DNA of 64,000 nucleotides, taken from a virus. Taxonomy: Duplodnaviria > Heunggongvirae > Uroviricota > Caudoviricetes. Location of the stretch: IMG/VR virus record IMGVR_UViG_3300050821_009523; one strand, written 5' to 3'. The notes under the pieces were generated by a model. It searched no databases. It saw only the letters and a program-made list of their open reading frames with translations, and was not told where the DNA came from. A program made the position numbers and the translations under genes. How positions within the stretch are numbered: position 1 is the first letter of the stretch; every line of letters begins with the position of its first letter. Shown here piece by piece: positions 54,173 through 63,324 of this stretch.

Positions 54173-54859
54173 ATGATGCTGACTCGGCAGTGCCTCGATC
54201 GCACGATGGAGAAGCGCGGCGTATTGCAGCCAACTCTTGCTTGGCATTTTCTCCCGGCGACACGCAAACTAATGCATGTAACTGATGACCGCAAGCCCTT
54301 GCGCAGGGGGAGTGTGCTGCACCACAAATGGCCGCTCGTGGCATGCGAAGCCGGCCTACACGCATCTACCGACCCCTTGATTGCGCTCCAATACTCCCCC
54401 GGCTGCATCATCTGTCGCGTGTTGGTTTGGGGGCAGTATGTAGAGCGTTACGGCAAATTGTGTTGTGAGCACCGTAAACTGTTGGCGTGGGCCGACGCCA
54501 CTGCGGCCTTACGCCTATTCGCCGCCGATTGCGCAGCGCGCATGCTTCGCATCGAGGAAATGGACAACAAGGTAGACAAGCGCGCTTGGGGCGCTGTACG
54601 CGCAGCACGCGCTTTCGCTCGCGGCCGGATCTCTACTGTCCAGTTGGATGCAGCCCACAAAGCTGCCAGATACCCGCCGTTTATCATCGCGGGCATCTCC
54701 ATAGCCGGAAGCGCTGCCGCCGCACCACTAGCCAACCACGCAGCGGCCATATTGTCGGAAAGCCTCTCAGATTGGCACAGGAAACGCCTGCTGCGCTATA
54801 TCAAGGCGCTACTGCCGCCGGATGCGGCGCTGGTATCGCGCCGCCCGCAGAGACGGTGA
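54173..54859 (+). CDS. Hypothetical protein (228 aa)
   Basis: Co-oriented. Protein-like composition. Confidence 0.35.
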   Translation: MMLTRQCLDRTMEKRGVLQPTLAWHFLPATRKLMHVTDDRKPLRRGSVLHHKWPLVACEAGLHASTDPLIALQYSPGCIICRVLVWGQYVERYGKLCCEHRKLLAWADATAALRLFAADCAARMLRIEEMDNKVDKRAWGAVRAARAFARGRISTVQLDAAHKAARYPPFIIAGISIAGSAAAAPLANHAAAILSESLSDWHRKRLLRYIKALLPPDAALVSRRPQRR

Positions 54860-55410
54860 TGACTAGGTTTGCCCAAGCCGAAGCGTGGGAGATCCTTGAC
54901 GAACTCGACAGGAGAGGAAAGCGTATGCGCGACGTAACAGAACATTTGACACCAAGGGCGCCACAAGATGGCGCCGTAGCTGCGCTGGTCGATGCCGACT
55001 TGAAGCACAACGACGAGGCGTCCGTCACTGTAAAAACCGGCGAGCAATGGGAGCCTGTTGGCATGAAATTGATGCATTCTGCCGCCTCTGGCGTGTTAAC
55101 ATATTCGCTGCTCACCAAGCGTTTGCCGGTAGCGGGCGGCCATCTCTACTTCGTCAGCTCAACGTATTACGAAACCACGCCCATGGTCCACACGGTTGGG
55201 TTATGCTTCGTCCCGGACAACTCGCCCCATGCTGCGATTGCCCCTACCCCGGCCGGCGGTGCCTACGCGCCGATTACCGAGGAAGAGATCAAGAATCTCA
55301 TCGACAAGGATCTTGCCTTTGGCGCGAAGTGGGCACGACGCGCAGCGCTCATGGACGCGGCGAGCGCACGGCTCGGCAGGCCCGTCAGAAATCTTCTACC
55401 GATGGACTAA
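54859..55410 (+). CDS. Hypothetical protein (183 aa)
   Basis: ATGA overlap with the upstream gene. Confidence 0.35.
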   Translation: MTRFAQAEAWEILDELDRRGKRMRDVTEHLTPRAPQDGAVAALVDADLKHNDEASVTVKTGEQWEPVGMKLMHSAASGVLTYSLLTKRLPVAGGHLYFVSSTYYETTPMVHTVGLCFVPDNSPHAAIAPTPAGGAYAPITEEEIKNLIDKDLAFGAKWARRAALMDAASARLGRPVRNLLPMD

Positions 55411-55443
55411 AGACAAGCGGGCACGGGAGGCCCAACCAACACC

Positions 55444-56745
55444 ATGGCAGACAAAGGCAAGGACGACGGCACCACGCTGGAAGGCGAGATCATCGACGAG
55501 CAGACTGGCGTCGTGAGCCAGGCGCTTACTTTCGATCCCATCACGCGGGCTGAGATCGACATCCAAATCTCGACCGCCAAGCGCTACCCGCGCGACATCG
55601 CGAAGGTCAAAAAAGACATCATCGAGATGGCGACGCTGGACGAGGAGACGGCCCAAAGCTGCTACTACTCGCTCAAGCGCCGCGATGCTGACGGCAGCGA
55701 CAAGATCATCCAGGGGCCAAGCGTGCGCCTAGCGGAAATCGCGCTTTCCTGCTTCGGTAACATTCGGGCCGGAACACGGTCGCTTGGCGAGACAGAGGAC
55801 GGCCGGTTCGTGCGCGAGTTGGGGATGTGCCATGACGTGGAAAGGAACGTCATGCGTTCGGTAGAGGTAACGCGCCGGATCACAAACAAGCGTGGCCAGC
55901 GCTACGGCGACGACATGATCGGCGTGACGCGTGCAGCAGCTGGCGCCATCGCGTTCCGCAACGCCACTCTCACGGTGGTGCCGCGCGCCATCATCAAGCC
56001 TGCTTATGAGCGCGCCAAGGAAGTAGCTGTCGGCAAAACAAAATCGCTCACTGTCCAGCGCAACCTCGTGATCGAAAAGCTCAAAAAGCTTTCGCCCCTC
56101 ATCACAACCGAGCGTATCCTGGCGGCCCTTGGAAAACCGGACATCGAAGCGATCGGTTGGGCCGAAGTTGAGCATCTGATCGGGTTGGGCACCGCGATCA
56201 AGGAAGGGATGCAGCCCGTCGAGGAGGCATTCCCCGCGCCGCAGGCGGCCGGCACTGGCGTTGCCGAGGTGCTGGGCGATAAGCCGCAGGCGCCGGCAGC
56301 ACCACCCAAGGTTAGCGAGGGCGCACAGCAGGCCGTAGCGCCGCAGCAGGCGCCAACGGCACCCACCACGGCACCAGAGCCGCCCCCTGCCGCCACGGCC
56401 CCGCCAGCGGCCCCACAGCAGCCGCAGGCGCCAGCCCCGGTGCAGGCAGCCGTCCAGTTGCCAGATCAGCAGCCACAGCCTGCGCCAGCCGCCCCCGCGC
56501 TGGCACCTACGCCAGAGCCAGATGCGCCGCCCAAGGCCGCAAGCCCGGACTACCTGACGGGCGGCGAGATCACCACCATCCGGCGAATCGCGGAAAAGTC
56601 GCGCGTCAAGCTGGTGCGCCTCGCTGAAATCGTGGCGGAAGTGACGAGCAAAACGGCCAGCGAGACGGAGCCCAATACATGGCAGATCACGCCGCAGCAG
56701 GGACAAGAGATCGCACGGCGCGTGAAGGCCGAGGGGGCGAAATGA
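55444..56745 (+). CDS. Candidate single-strand annealing protein (RecT/Redbeta/ERF-like partner of the YqaJ-like exonuclease) with Pro/Ala/Gln-rich linker and C-terminal domain; assignment uncertain
   Basis: Position next to the exonuclease. 433 aa. No firm motif match by eye. Confidence 0.3.
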   Translation: MADKGKDDGTTLEGEIIDEQTGVVSQALTFDPITRAEIDIQISTAKRYPRDIAKVKKDIIEMATLDEETAQSCYYSLKRRDADGSDKIIQGPSVRLAEIALSCFGNIRAGTRSLGETEDGRFVRELGMCHDVERNVMRSVEVTRRITNKRGQRYGDDMIGVTRAAAGAIAFRNATLTVVPRAIIKPAYERAKEVAVGKTKSLTVQRNLVIEKLKKLSPLITTERILAALGKPDIEAIGWAEVEHLIGLGTAIKEGMQPVEEAFPAPQAAGTGVAEVLGDKPQAPAAPPKVSEGAQQAVAPQQAPTAPTTAPEPPPAATAPPAAPQQPQAPAPVQAAVQLPDQQPQPAPAAPALAPTPEPDAPPKAASPDYLTGGEITTIRRIAEKSRVKLVRLAEIVAEVTSKTASETEPNTWQITPQQGQEIARRVKAEGAK

Positions 56746-56912
56746 GCTCCTTTGTCTTCTACGTCTTTGCGATCGCTGCCGCTCTCCTGCTCGATATCGC
56801 ACTCGGTTGTACTACGCGCGCCGCCGCTGCCGGCGCCTGCTTGATCTCGCTGTGCGCCTTTGCCGACTTACAAGTAGACCGCATCGTGGTGGCCATAAGG
56901 GGGCGCGAATGA
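56742..56912 (+). CDS. Small membrane protein (56 aa)
   Basis: ATGA overlap. Hydrophobic FVFYVFAIAAALLLDIALG. Confidence 0.3.
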   Translation: MSSFVFYVFAIAAALLLDIALGCTTRAAAAGACLISLCAFADLQVDRIVVAIRGRE

Positions 56913-57178
56913 CAACCTCATCTGACCAGTGGGCAAACGACGTAAAGGCTGCTATCCGCGCGGGGTGGAGTTACGACATGGCCGCGGCACCGCTGCTTGA
57001 GATGGTATTAGTTGCCATCCAGCGAAAGGGGTACGCCGGCTATCCGCGCGTGGTGGCTGCCTACCGCGCTAGCGGTGGCGGTTGGCAGAAAGAAACCGTC
57101 GGTGCGCCACTCCGCGGGTTTACCTACGCCTGGCGCCCATTGCTACAGCCACCACCGCTGCCGGAGCCACAGCCATGA
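56909..57178 (+). CDS. Hypothetical protein (89 aa)
   Basis: ATGA overlap. Confidence 0.3.
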   Translation: MTTSSDQWANDVKAAIRAGWSYDMAAAPLLEMVLVAIQRKGYAGYPRVVAAYRASGGGWQKETVGAPLRGFTYAWRPLLQPPPLPEPQP

Positions 57179-57510
57179 AAAAACGCTACCGCCCAGTATT
57201 GGAGCCGTACGAAGGCCCGCGCATGCAGGAGGACCCCAACGGCGAATGGTGCCGCTACGGCGCTGATGGCTGGTGCTACGACCTTGGCCTAGCACCAACC
57301 TACAACGAAGCCAACCCGTTCATAATCACAGAGCTTGCCGTATGCGATGGAAATGCGCGCACTGCTGGCGAGCGCGATCATTCGCGCCGGATTGTGGACG
57401 CGCACCGGAGCCCCGCCAACGTGTGGCTGATGCCCGACTACAGCGCGGTTACCGGCCACATTTACGCCTGGAGGCACCCGCAGGAAGCGCCTCCGTTACC
57501 ATTAGAGTAG
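57175..57510 (+). CDS. Hypothetical protein (111 aa)
   Basis: ATGA overlap. Confidence 0.3.
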   Translation: MKKRYRPVLEPYEGPRMQEDPNGEWCRYGADGWCYDLGLAPTYNEANPFIITELAVCDGNARTAGERDHSRRIVDAHRSPANVWLMPDYSAVTGHIYAWRHPQEAPPLPLE

Positions 57511-57512
57511 AA

Positions 57513-57845
57513 ATGTTTATGACGATTCTGCTCGACACGCCGCGCGTCTATGCGGCTGCGGATGACAAGCGCGCCCCGCGCTGCTTTCGCGGCAAGCCCA
57601 GCTGCCACATGCAAAGCGACATACCGGGCGGCGCCGGCACGGCCGAGCTGCTGGCCTTTGCCAAGCGCATCAAACTGAAGGCCGAGTGGATACAGGACGC
57701 CGGCACCGCACGCGAGCATTTCGATCTCGTCGGCGCGCGCATCTCGGCCGCCGTGCTGGCCGGTGCCGTGGTGGACGACGCACGCTCGCAAGCGGCGTTT
57801 GCCGCCAAGGCGGCACTGGCGTCGGCGGCGCGTGGGCACCCCTAG
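57513..57845 (+). CDS. DUF4031-like phage protein (110 aa)
   Basis: MFMTILLDTPRVYAA...CHMQSD...ELLAFAKRIKLKAEWIQ...EHFDL resembles the DUF4031 pattern. Confidence 0.35.
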   Translation: MFMTILLDTPRVYAAADDKRAPRCFRGKPSCHMQSDIPGGAGTAELLAFAKRIKLKAEWIQDAGTAREHFDLVGARISAAVLAGAVVDDARSQAAFAAKAALASAARGHP

Positions 57846-58012
57846 TGTAGCAAACAGGCACAAAGCGCAAGGTATCGTGGACTTGGCAATTGAGAGAATG
57901 TATGATATCCTTTCAATCGAGCCTGACGACGGGAGGTATGCGACCTTCGGTCGCAGGATGCAAGCCATGCTGGAAGCCCTAGCCAATAGAGAAACGGAAC
58001 TGGCTGCCACCT

Positions 58013-58495
58013 ATGAATGACGGCGTAACTCAGAAGGAATCGGCGGCGCAGCTTCGCGAGGATCTTTATCCTTGGGTGCTCGGCGTATCCGGGCCAGTGA
58101 TTCTCTTTGCGTACGAACGGCTTTGCGTCCATTCGCTGGAGCCGAGTGCGATCACGCAGCTTCTTAGCGGTGCGCTTACGATTGAAGGCGTGATCGTTGG
58201 TTTTGTGGCAACAATCTTGGCGATCCTTTTCGCTCTCCCTGGGGGTGCAGCCACCGAAGCGATTAAGGCGACCAAGCACTTCGCGCGACTTGTCGGATTT
58301 GCGCAGCAGACAATATACGTCTCGCTGGTGGTGACGTGCTCTGCCCTGACGCTTCTAGTTGTGCAGTCGCCTCAGACGCCACAGTGGTTTCATTGGGCTC
58401 TTCTGGCGTGGGTCTATCTTCTGGCGGCGGCGCTGCTGACCTTTCAGCGTCTGGTAGCAATAATCGTCGTAATGCTGAAGGCTCCGCCCAAGTGA
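58013..58495 (+). CDS. Integral membrane protein with 4 predicted TM helices (160 aa), in a lower-GC patch; moron-like
   Basis: Hydrophobic segments ILFAY..., VIVGFVATILAILFALPG, TIYVSLVVTCSALTLLVV, WALLAWVYLLAAALLTF. GC is noticeably lower than the flanks. Confidence 0.45.
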   Translation: MNDGVTQKESAAQLREDLYPWVLGVSGPVILFAYERLCVHSLEPSAITQLLSGALTIEGVIVGFVATILAILFALPGGAATEAIKATKHFARLVGFAQQTIYVSLVVTCSALTLLVVQSPQTPQWFHWALLAWVYLLAAALLTFQRLVAIIVVMLKAPPK

Positions 58496-58498
58496 GGG

Positions 58499-58753
58499 GT
58501 GCTATCATTCCACATGCTTAAGCGTCCACGCAGATCCCGCGATCCCGTCCAGGCGGCGCACCAGGTCTACATGGAAATCATCGGGGAGGCGCCCCGGCAG
58601 GTGCCCCCGACCCCGGACGACAGCCCGGCCGCCGTCGCCAAGCGCAAGGGCGCGAGCCAGGGCGGGGCAAAGCGGGCGAAGGGGCTGACGCCCGAGCGGC
58701 GCCGAGAGATCGCCCGCAAGGCCGCTCAGAAGCGCTGGAACAAGCCGATCTGA
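58499..58753 (+). CDS. Small basic protein (84 aa) with C-terminal Lys/Arg-rich helix
   Basis: 4 nt after the upstream stop. Confidence 0.35.
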   Translation: MLSFHMLKRPRRSRDPVQAAHQVYMEIIGEAPRQVPPTPDDSPAAVAKRKGASQGGAKRAKGLTPERRREIARKAAQKRWNKPI

Positions 58754-58873
58754 TCCCGCCAAGGCGCGAGTTAGCCCAACAACGGCACATCTAGCGGCTT
58801 GACAACCAGCGCCGCCAAGCGCATGCTTTCCTGTACCTTTGGCTTGCGTACCTGCTTGGAGGTCACCAGTTAA

Positions 58874-59113
58874 ATGCCGATGCCCAGCCGTGCTGACGCG
58901 CGCCAGCGCCACCACCAGCAATACCTCAACAGCACAGAAGCAGCAGCCTATCTCGGTGTGTCGCCGTCATACCTCGCCCACATGCGCCTGCATGGCATTG
59001 GCCCGCGCTATTTCAAAGTGGGCCACCAAGCACGCTACGACCGGGGCGACCTAGAGGCGTGGATACGCGGCCAGCCGCAAGGAGGAACGCCACCAGCGGC
59101 GGACGAGAGATAG
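58874..59113 (+). CDS. Excisionase / AlpA-like HTH DNA-binding protein (79 aa)
   Basis: LNSTEAAAYLGVSPSYLAHMRLHGIGPRYFKVGHQARYDRGDLEAWI. RBS GGAGG. Confidence 0.5.
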   Translation: MPMPSRADARQRHHQQYLNSTEAAAYLGVSPSYLAHMRLHGIGPRYFKVGHQARYDRGDLEAWIRGQPQGGTPPAADER

Positions 59114-59121
59114 GCGCCGGC

Positions 59122-60186
59122 ATGAGCCGTTATCGCCGCGTGTCGTTACGCATGAACGCTGACGCCCGCTATCGCAGGCTTTCAGACCCCCAACCCTGCG
59201 GAAAGTTTTTGTGGCACCACCTTCTTTTTGGTCCGCATACCGGCATCATTCCAGGGCTCTCAGTGGCCGGCGAAGCTCAACTTGCCGAAGCGATCGGTTG
59301 GCCGCTGAAAGGCTTTCGGGAAGCCTTTCAGGAAGTCTTTCGGGAAGGCATGGCCGAAGCTGATTGGGGGGCGCGTGTAATCTGGCTTTCCAAGGCGATT
59401 GCGCACAACCCGCCAGCCTCGCCAAACGTCATAAAATCTTGGCGCGAAGCCTGGGAAGAGATACCTGAATGCGCATTGAAAGTTAAGGCGTATCAAACAC
59501 TTAAAGCCTTCACGGAAGGCATGGGGAAAGGCTTTGCGGAAGCTTTTGTGTATGCCTTCGGCAAAGACATCCCCGAATCAGGAGCAGGAACAGGAGCAGT
59601 AACAGAAGCAAGAGCAGGATCTACACAAGAACCCCCTTATAGCCCCCCTGTTGGCCCTGTAGCCGCGCCTGCGGCGCTTGTGTCAGACAGACAAGTGGCG
59701 GCACCACGTAGAAAGCGTGCGCCAGCGGCAGGGGGACACTTATCGGAGTTCGCGGAGTTTTGGGCCATATACCCACGGCACGAGTCGAAGGATAGGGCTG
59801 TTAAGGCTTGGTTGAAGACTGCCCCCCTTAGGCCGCCACTGGAAGACCTGCTCGCGATACTTGTGCAACAAAAACGGACCATTTGGCGCGATAAGGAACG
59901 CGACTTTATTCCACACGCATCCACTTGGCTAAACGGCCGCCGCTGGGAAGACGAAACCGGCACTGATAACGGTAGGGGCACCACAGCAGCCGCTTCGCCA
60001 ACAACCGAGTTTTCGCAGTTAGTCGGCACGATACGCGATGGCCTGTTCTGTAACGATGCACTGCCAGATGAAGAACGCGACGGGTTGGTAGACAAGCTTG
60101 ACGCGCTAGCACTTGGCGACACAGCAGGCGCCGAGGCGATCCGTGCGGCTGGCGCTGCACACACCGCAGGCGGCCCAACATGCTAA
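59122..60186 (+). CDS. Putative replication initiation / replisome organiser protein (355 aa)
   Basis: Directly upstream of DnaB with an overlapping stop-start. FAEFWAIYPRHESKDRAVKAWLK motif seen in phage replication initiator proteins. Confidence 0.4.
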   Translation: MSRYRRVSLRMNADARYRRLSDPQPCGKFLWHHLLFGPHTGIIPGLSVAGEAQLAEAIGWPLKGFREAFQEVFREGMAEADWGARVIWLSKAIAHNPPASPNVIKSWREAWEEIPECALKVKAYQTLKAFTEGMGKGFAEAFVYAFGKDIPESGAGTGAVTEARAGSTQEPPYSPPVGPVAAPAALVSDRQVAAPRRKRAPAAGGHLSEFAEFWAIYPRHESKDRAVKAWLKTAPLRPPLEDLLAILVQQKRTIWRDKERDFIPHASTWLNGRRWEDETGTDNGRGTTAAASPTTEFSQLVGTIRDGLFCNDALPDEERDGLVDKLDALALGDTAGAEAIRAAGAAHTAGGPTC

Positions 60187-61556
60187 GTGCGAGCGACGTA
60201 CCGCAAGTAAAAACGCTACCGCACAGCGAGGAGTCTGAGCGTGCTGTGCTGGGTGCCGTGCTGCTCGACAACGGTAGCCTCGCGGATGTACGTCTTAATT
60301 CAAACGATTTCTATTTCGAGCGCCACCGCATTCTGTATGAGTGCTTCTGTGAGCTTGCGGCAGACCGGCAGCCGATTGATACGCGCACTGTGCAGGCGCA
60401 CCTTGAACGCATCGGCGAATTTGATGCGGTTGGCGGTTTGGCCTACATCGCAGGGCTCGATATCGATCTGCCGGATATTGGGCGCATTGCAGCGTATGCC
60501 GAGATTGTCAAGCAGCGTGCTATTGCGCGCGAGTTGATTATTGCGGCTGGTGCCCTTGTCCGCAATTCACTAGATGGCGCGCAAGAACGCAGCACAGCCG
60601 CCGTAATCGAACAACATGCAGCAAAAATAGAAAGCATACGCCGGGAACTAGCCGGCGTGGAAAATGCAGCGGGCTTTCGTAAGTTGGCAGCATTCCTTGG
60701 CGACTCGGATGCAGATTACCTGATGGGGCGTGGCCACCCCAAGCCGCCAGACAATACGGTTGCTACCGGCCTTGCGAAAGTTGACCACATGACGGGCGGC
60801 CTGCGCCCTGGTGCGCTGTGGGTTGTGGCAGCACGCACCGGCGTGGGCAAGACGGCCTTAGCGCTACAGATCGCCGCACACCACGCCTGCCGCTGCGGAA
60901 AGGGCACGGGGTTTGTCTCGCTTGAGATGTTGGGTGTGGAGTTGCTAGAGCGCCTCGCGGCAGCGCGCGCTATGCTGAATTACTCTCTCGTCCGCAAGCG
61001 ACAGTTAACAACCGAAAACCGCGCACGGGTAGCGCGCTGCATGCGGGAAATCGAAAACGCACCGCTGCACATCGACGACTCAAGCGGCCTCTCGGCGCAG
61101 GAGATCGGCGCCCGCGTGCGGCGCCTACACCAACAGGCTGGTGCGCAATTCGTTGTGGTTGACTATCTTGGCCTTGTGCGGCTGGATGGCAACGACCGCG
61201 AAAAGCACTACCTGCGCCTCGGCGAGGTGAGCTTCGAGATGGCGCACCTCGCGAAGGCGTTGAAAATCGTAGTAATGCTTGTCGTGCAGTTGAGCCGCCG
61301 CAACGAACAGGAGCGCCGCAAGCCGCTGCCATCCGACCTCGCGGACTCTGCAAATATCGAGCGCGATGCCTACGGCCTCATGCTGCTACACCGCGAAAGC
61401 AAGCCGGACGTACGGGCCATCCTGGAGCCGCAGGGGTGCGTGATCATTGCGAAGCACCGCGGCGGCGAGACGGGCGAGGTGGGGATCTATTTCGACGGCC
61501 CTACGCAGACGTTCCGCGAGTTGACAGCAGATGATTTTGCAGGGGGTGGGCGATGA
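60180..61556 (+). CDS. dnaB: Replicative DNA helicase DnaB
   Basis: N-terminal PHSEESERAVLGAVLLD. Walker A AARTGVGKTALAL. Walker B VVVDYLG. Length 458 aa. Confidence 0.85.
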   Translation: MLSASDVPQVKTLPHSEESERAVLGAVLLDNGSLADVRLNSNDFYFERHRILYECFCELAADRQPIDTRTVQAHLERIGEFDAVGGLAYIAGLDIDLPDIGRIAAYAEIVKQRAIARELIIAAGALVRNSLDGAQERSTAAVIEQHAAKIESIRRELAGVENAAGFRKLAAFLGDSDADYLMGRGHPKPPDNTVATGLAKVDHMTGGLRPGALWVVAARTGVGKTALALQIAAHHACRCGKGTGFVSLEMLGVELLERLAAARAMLNYSLVRKRQLTTENRARVARCMREIENAPLHIDDSSGLSAQEIGARVRRLHQQAGAQFVVVDYLGLVRLDGNDREKHYLRLGEVSFEMAHLAKALKIVVMLVVQLSRRNEQERRKPLPSDLADSANIERDAYGLMLLHRESKPDVRAILEPQGCVIIAKHRGGETGEVGIYFDGPTQTFRELTADDFAGGGR

Positions 61557-61918
61557 ACGGTTTGATATATCTCGCGTCACCCTATTCGCATCCAGATCCG
61601 CAAGTGCGCACCATGCGTTTCGATATGGCGTGCCGGGCAGCGGCACACCTTATGGTGCGTGGAATGTTGGTGTTTTCTCCTATAGCGCACACCCACCCAA
61701 TTGCTATGGTTGGCGCGCTGCCACTAGGTTGGGATTACTGGCAGCTGTACGACAGCGTAATGCTTGGCTGTTGTGCCGAGTTGCTAATACTAACGCTGTC
61801 AGGGTGGCAAGAGTCTGCCGGCGTGATTGGTGAACTGGCAATCGCGCACAAAGACCTCGGGCTGCCAGTGCGCTACATGGCGCCGCATTCTTGGGAGATA
61901 ACCGAGGCACCGCAATGA
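61553..61918 (+). CDS. DUF1937-like protein (nucleoside deoxyribosyltransferase-like fold), 121 aa
   Basis: MNGLIYLASPYSHPDP...LVFSPIAHTHPI...WQESAGVIGELAIA. Confidence 0.4.
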   Translation: MNGLIYLASPYSHPDPQVRTMRFDMACRAAAHLMVRGMLVFSPIAHTHPIAMVGALPLGWDYWQLYDSVMLGCCAELLILTLSGWQESAGVIGELAIAHKDLGLPVRYMAPHSWEITEAPQ

Positions 61919-63324
61919 ATAATTACGAGCAGTTTATAGCGGCGCGCGCCACGGCGCGGCAGTTTGACGGCATTGACGGTGTAGAGATCGCGCCGCACCT
62001 CTCGGGCCAGTTTGCCTTTCAGGCGGATCTCGTGCGGTGGGCGCTACGCCGCGGGCGTGCAGCGATCTTTGCCGACACGGGCTTGGGTAAGACCGCGATG
62101 CAAATCGAATGGGCGCGCCACGTCGGACAGCGCGGCAACGTGCTGATCCTTGCGCCGCTGGCGGTAGCCGAGCAAACGGTGCGCGAGGCGGCGCGCTTTG
62201 GCGTACTGGTGCGGTACGAGCGCGGCGGCCGTGCGCGGCCCATCACGATCACGAATTACGAATTACTTCACAAATTCAGCCCGGGCGATTTTGCCGGCAT
62301 CGTGCTGGACGAGTCATCGATCCTGAAAGCCTACGATGGCGCCACACGCAATGCGATCATTTCAGCGTTTGCCGCGACGCCCTACCGGTTGGCATGCACC
62401 GCAACGCCAGCACCTAATGACTACACCGAGCTGGGCAACCATTCGGAATTCCTCGGTGTCAAAAGCCGTATGGAGATGCTCTCGGAATTCTTCATCCACG
62501 ACGGCGGCAGCACGCAGGATTGGCGCGTTAAGGGCCACGCGGAGATACCATTCTGGCGGTGGGTGTGCAGTTGGGGTGCTGTTGTGAAGCGTCCGTCCGA
62601 TCTTGGATACGATGATGGGGCATTCAGGTTGCCACCGTTAAAAATGTATGATGTGCTGGTGCGCCTCAACCACGCGGACTTTCACGCCGAGGGGTTGCTG
62701 TTTGCGCCAACCGTCACGACGCTAGCGGCACAACGCACCACGCGGCGCGCCACCATTGGGCAGCGGGTGGCCGAAGCCGTGCGGATCGCCAACAGCGGCA
62801 CCGGGCAATTACTCGTGTGGTGCGAGCTCAACCGCGAGGCCGATCTCGTAACGGCGGCGCTAGGGCCAGATGCCGTGCAGGTCCAGGGTGCTGATGACCC
62901 GGAGACGAAAACAGACCGGTTGCTTGGTTTTGCGGATGACCGCTATCGCATCTTGGTGTGCAAGCCATCTATCGCTGGCCACGGTTTGAATTGGCAGCGG
63001 TGTCACCGCATGGTGTTTCTCGGCGCAAGCCACAGTTACGAGGGCACCTACCAGGCGATTAGGCGCTGCTGGCGTTATGGCCAAACACAGCCGGTGGACG
63101 TGTATATCATCCGCGCTGAAAACGAAGATGCGATCGTGGCCAACTATCGCCGCAAGGAGGCCGATGCCGAGCGCCTTAGCGACGCGATGGTGGGGCACAT
63201 GCGCGACATAATGCGGGCCGAGATTAGCGCTGCGCAACGCGAATGGACGGACTACAACCCGCAGGTTGAGATGGCGATACCGCCATTCGTCGCGGCTGCC
63301 GCGCGGGAGGCGGCTACAGAATGA
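61915..63324 (+). CDS. Superfamily-2 helicase (SNF2/DEAD-like ATPase)
   Basis: Walker A ADTGLGKT. DExx LDESS. SAT-like CTAT. Helicase-C region. Typical partner of phage DNA methylases. Confidence 0.65.
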   Translation: MNNYEQFIAARATARQFDGIDGVEIAPHLSGQFAFQADLVRWALRRGRAAIFADTGLGKTAMQIEWARHVGQRGNVLILAPLAVAEQTVREAARFGVLVRYERGGRARPITITNYELLHKFSPGDFAGIVLDESSILKAYDGATRNAIISAFAATPYRLACTATPAPNDYTELGNHSEFLGVKSRMEMLSEFFIHDGGSTQDWRVKGHAEIPFWRWVCSWGAVVKRPSDLGYDDGAFRLPPLKMYDVLVRLNHADFHAEGLLFAPTVTTLAAQRTTRRATIGQRVAEAVRIANSGTGQLLVWCELNREADLVTAALGPDAVQVQGADDPETKTDRLLGFADDRYRILVCKPSIAGHGLNWQRCHRMVFLGASHSYEGTYQAIRRCWRYGQTQPVDVYIIRAENEDAIVANYRRKEADAERLSDAMVGHMRDIMRAEISAAQREWTDYNPQVEMAIPPFVAAAAREAATE

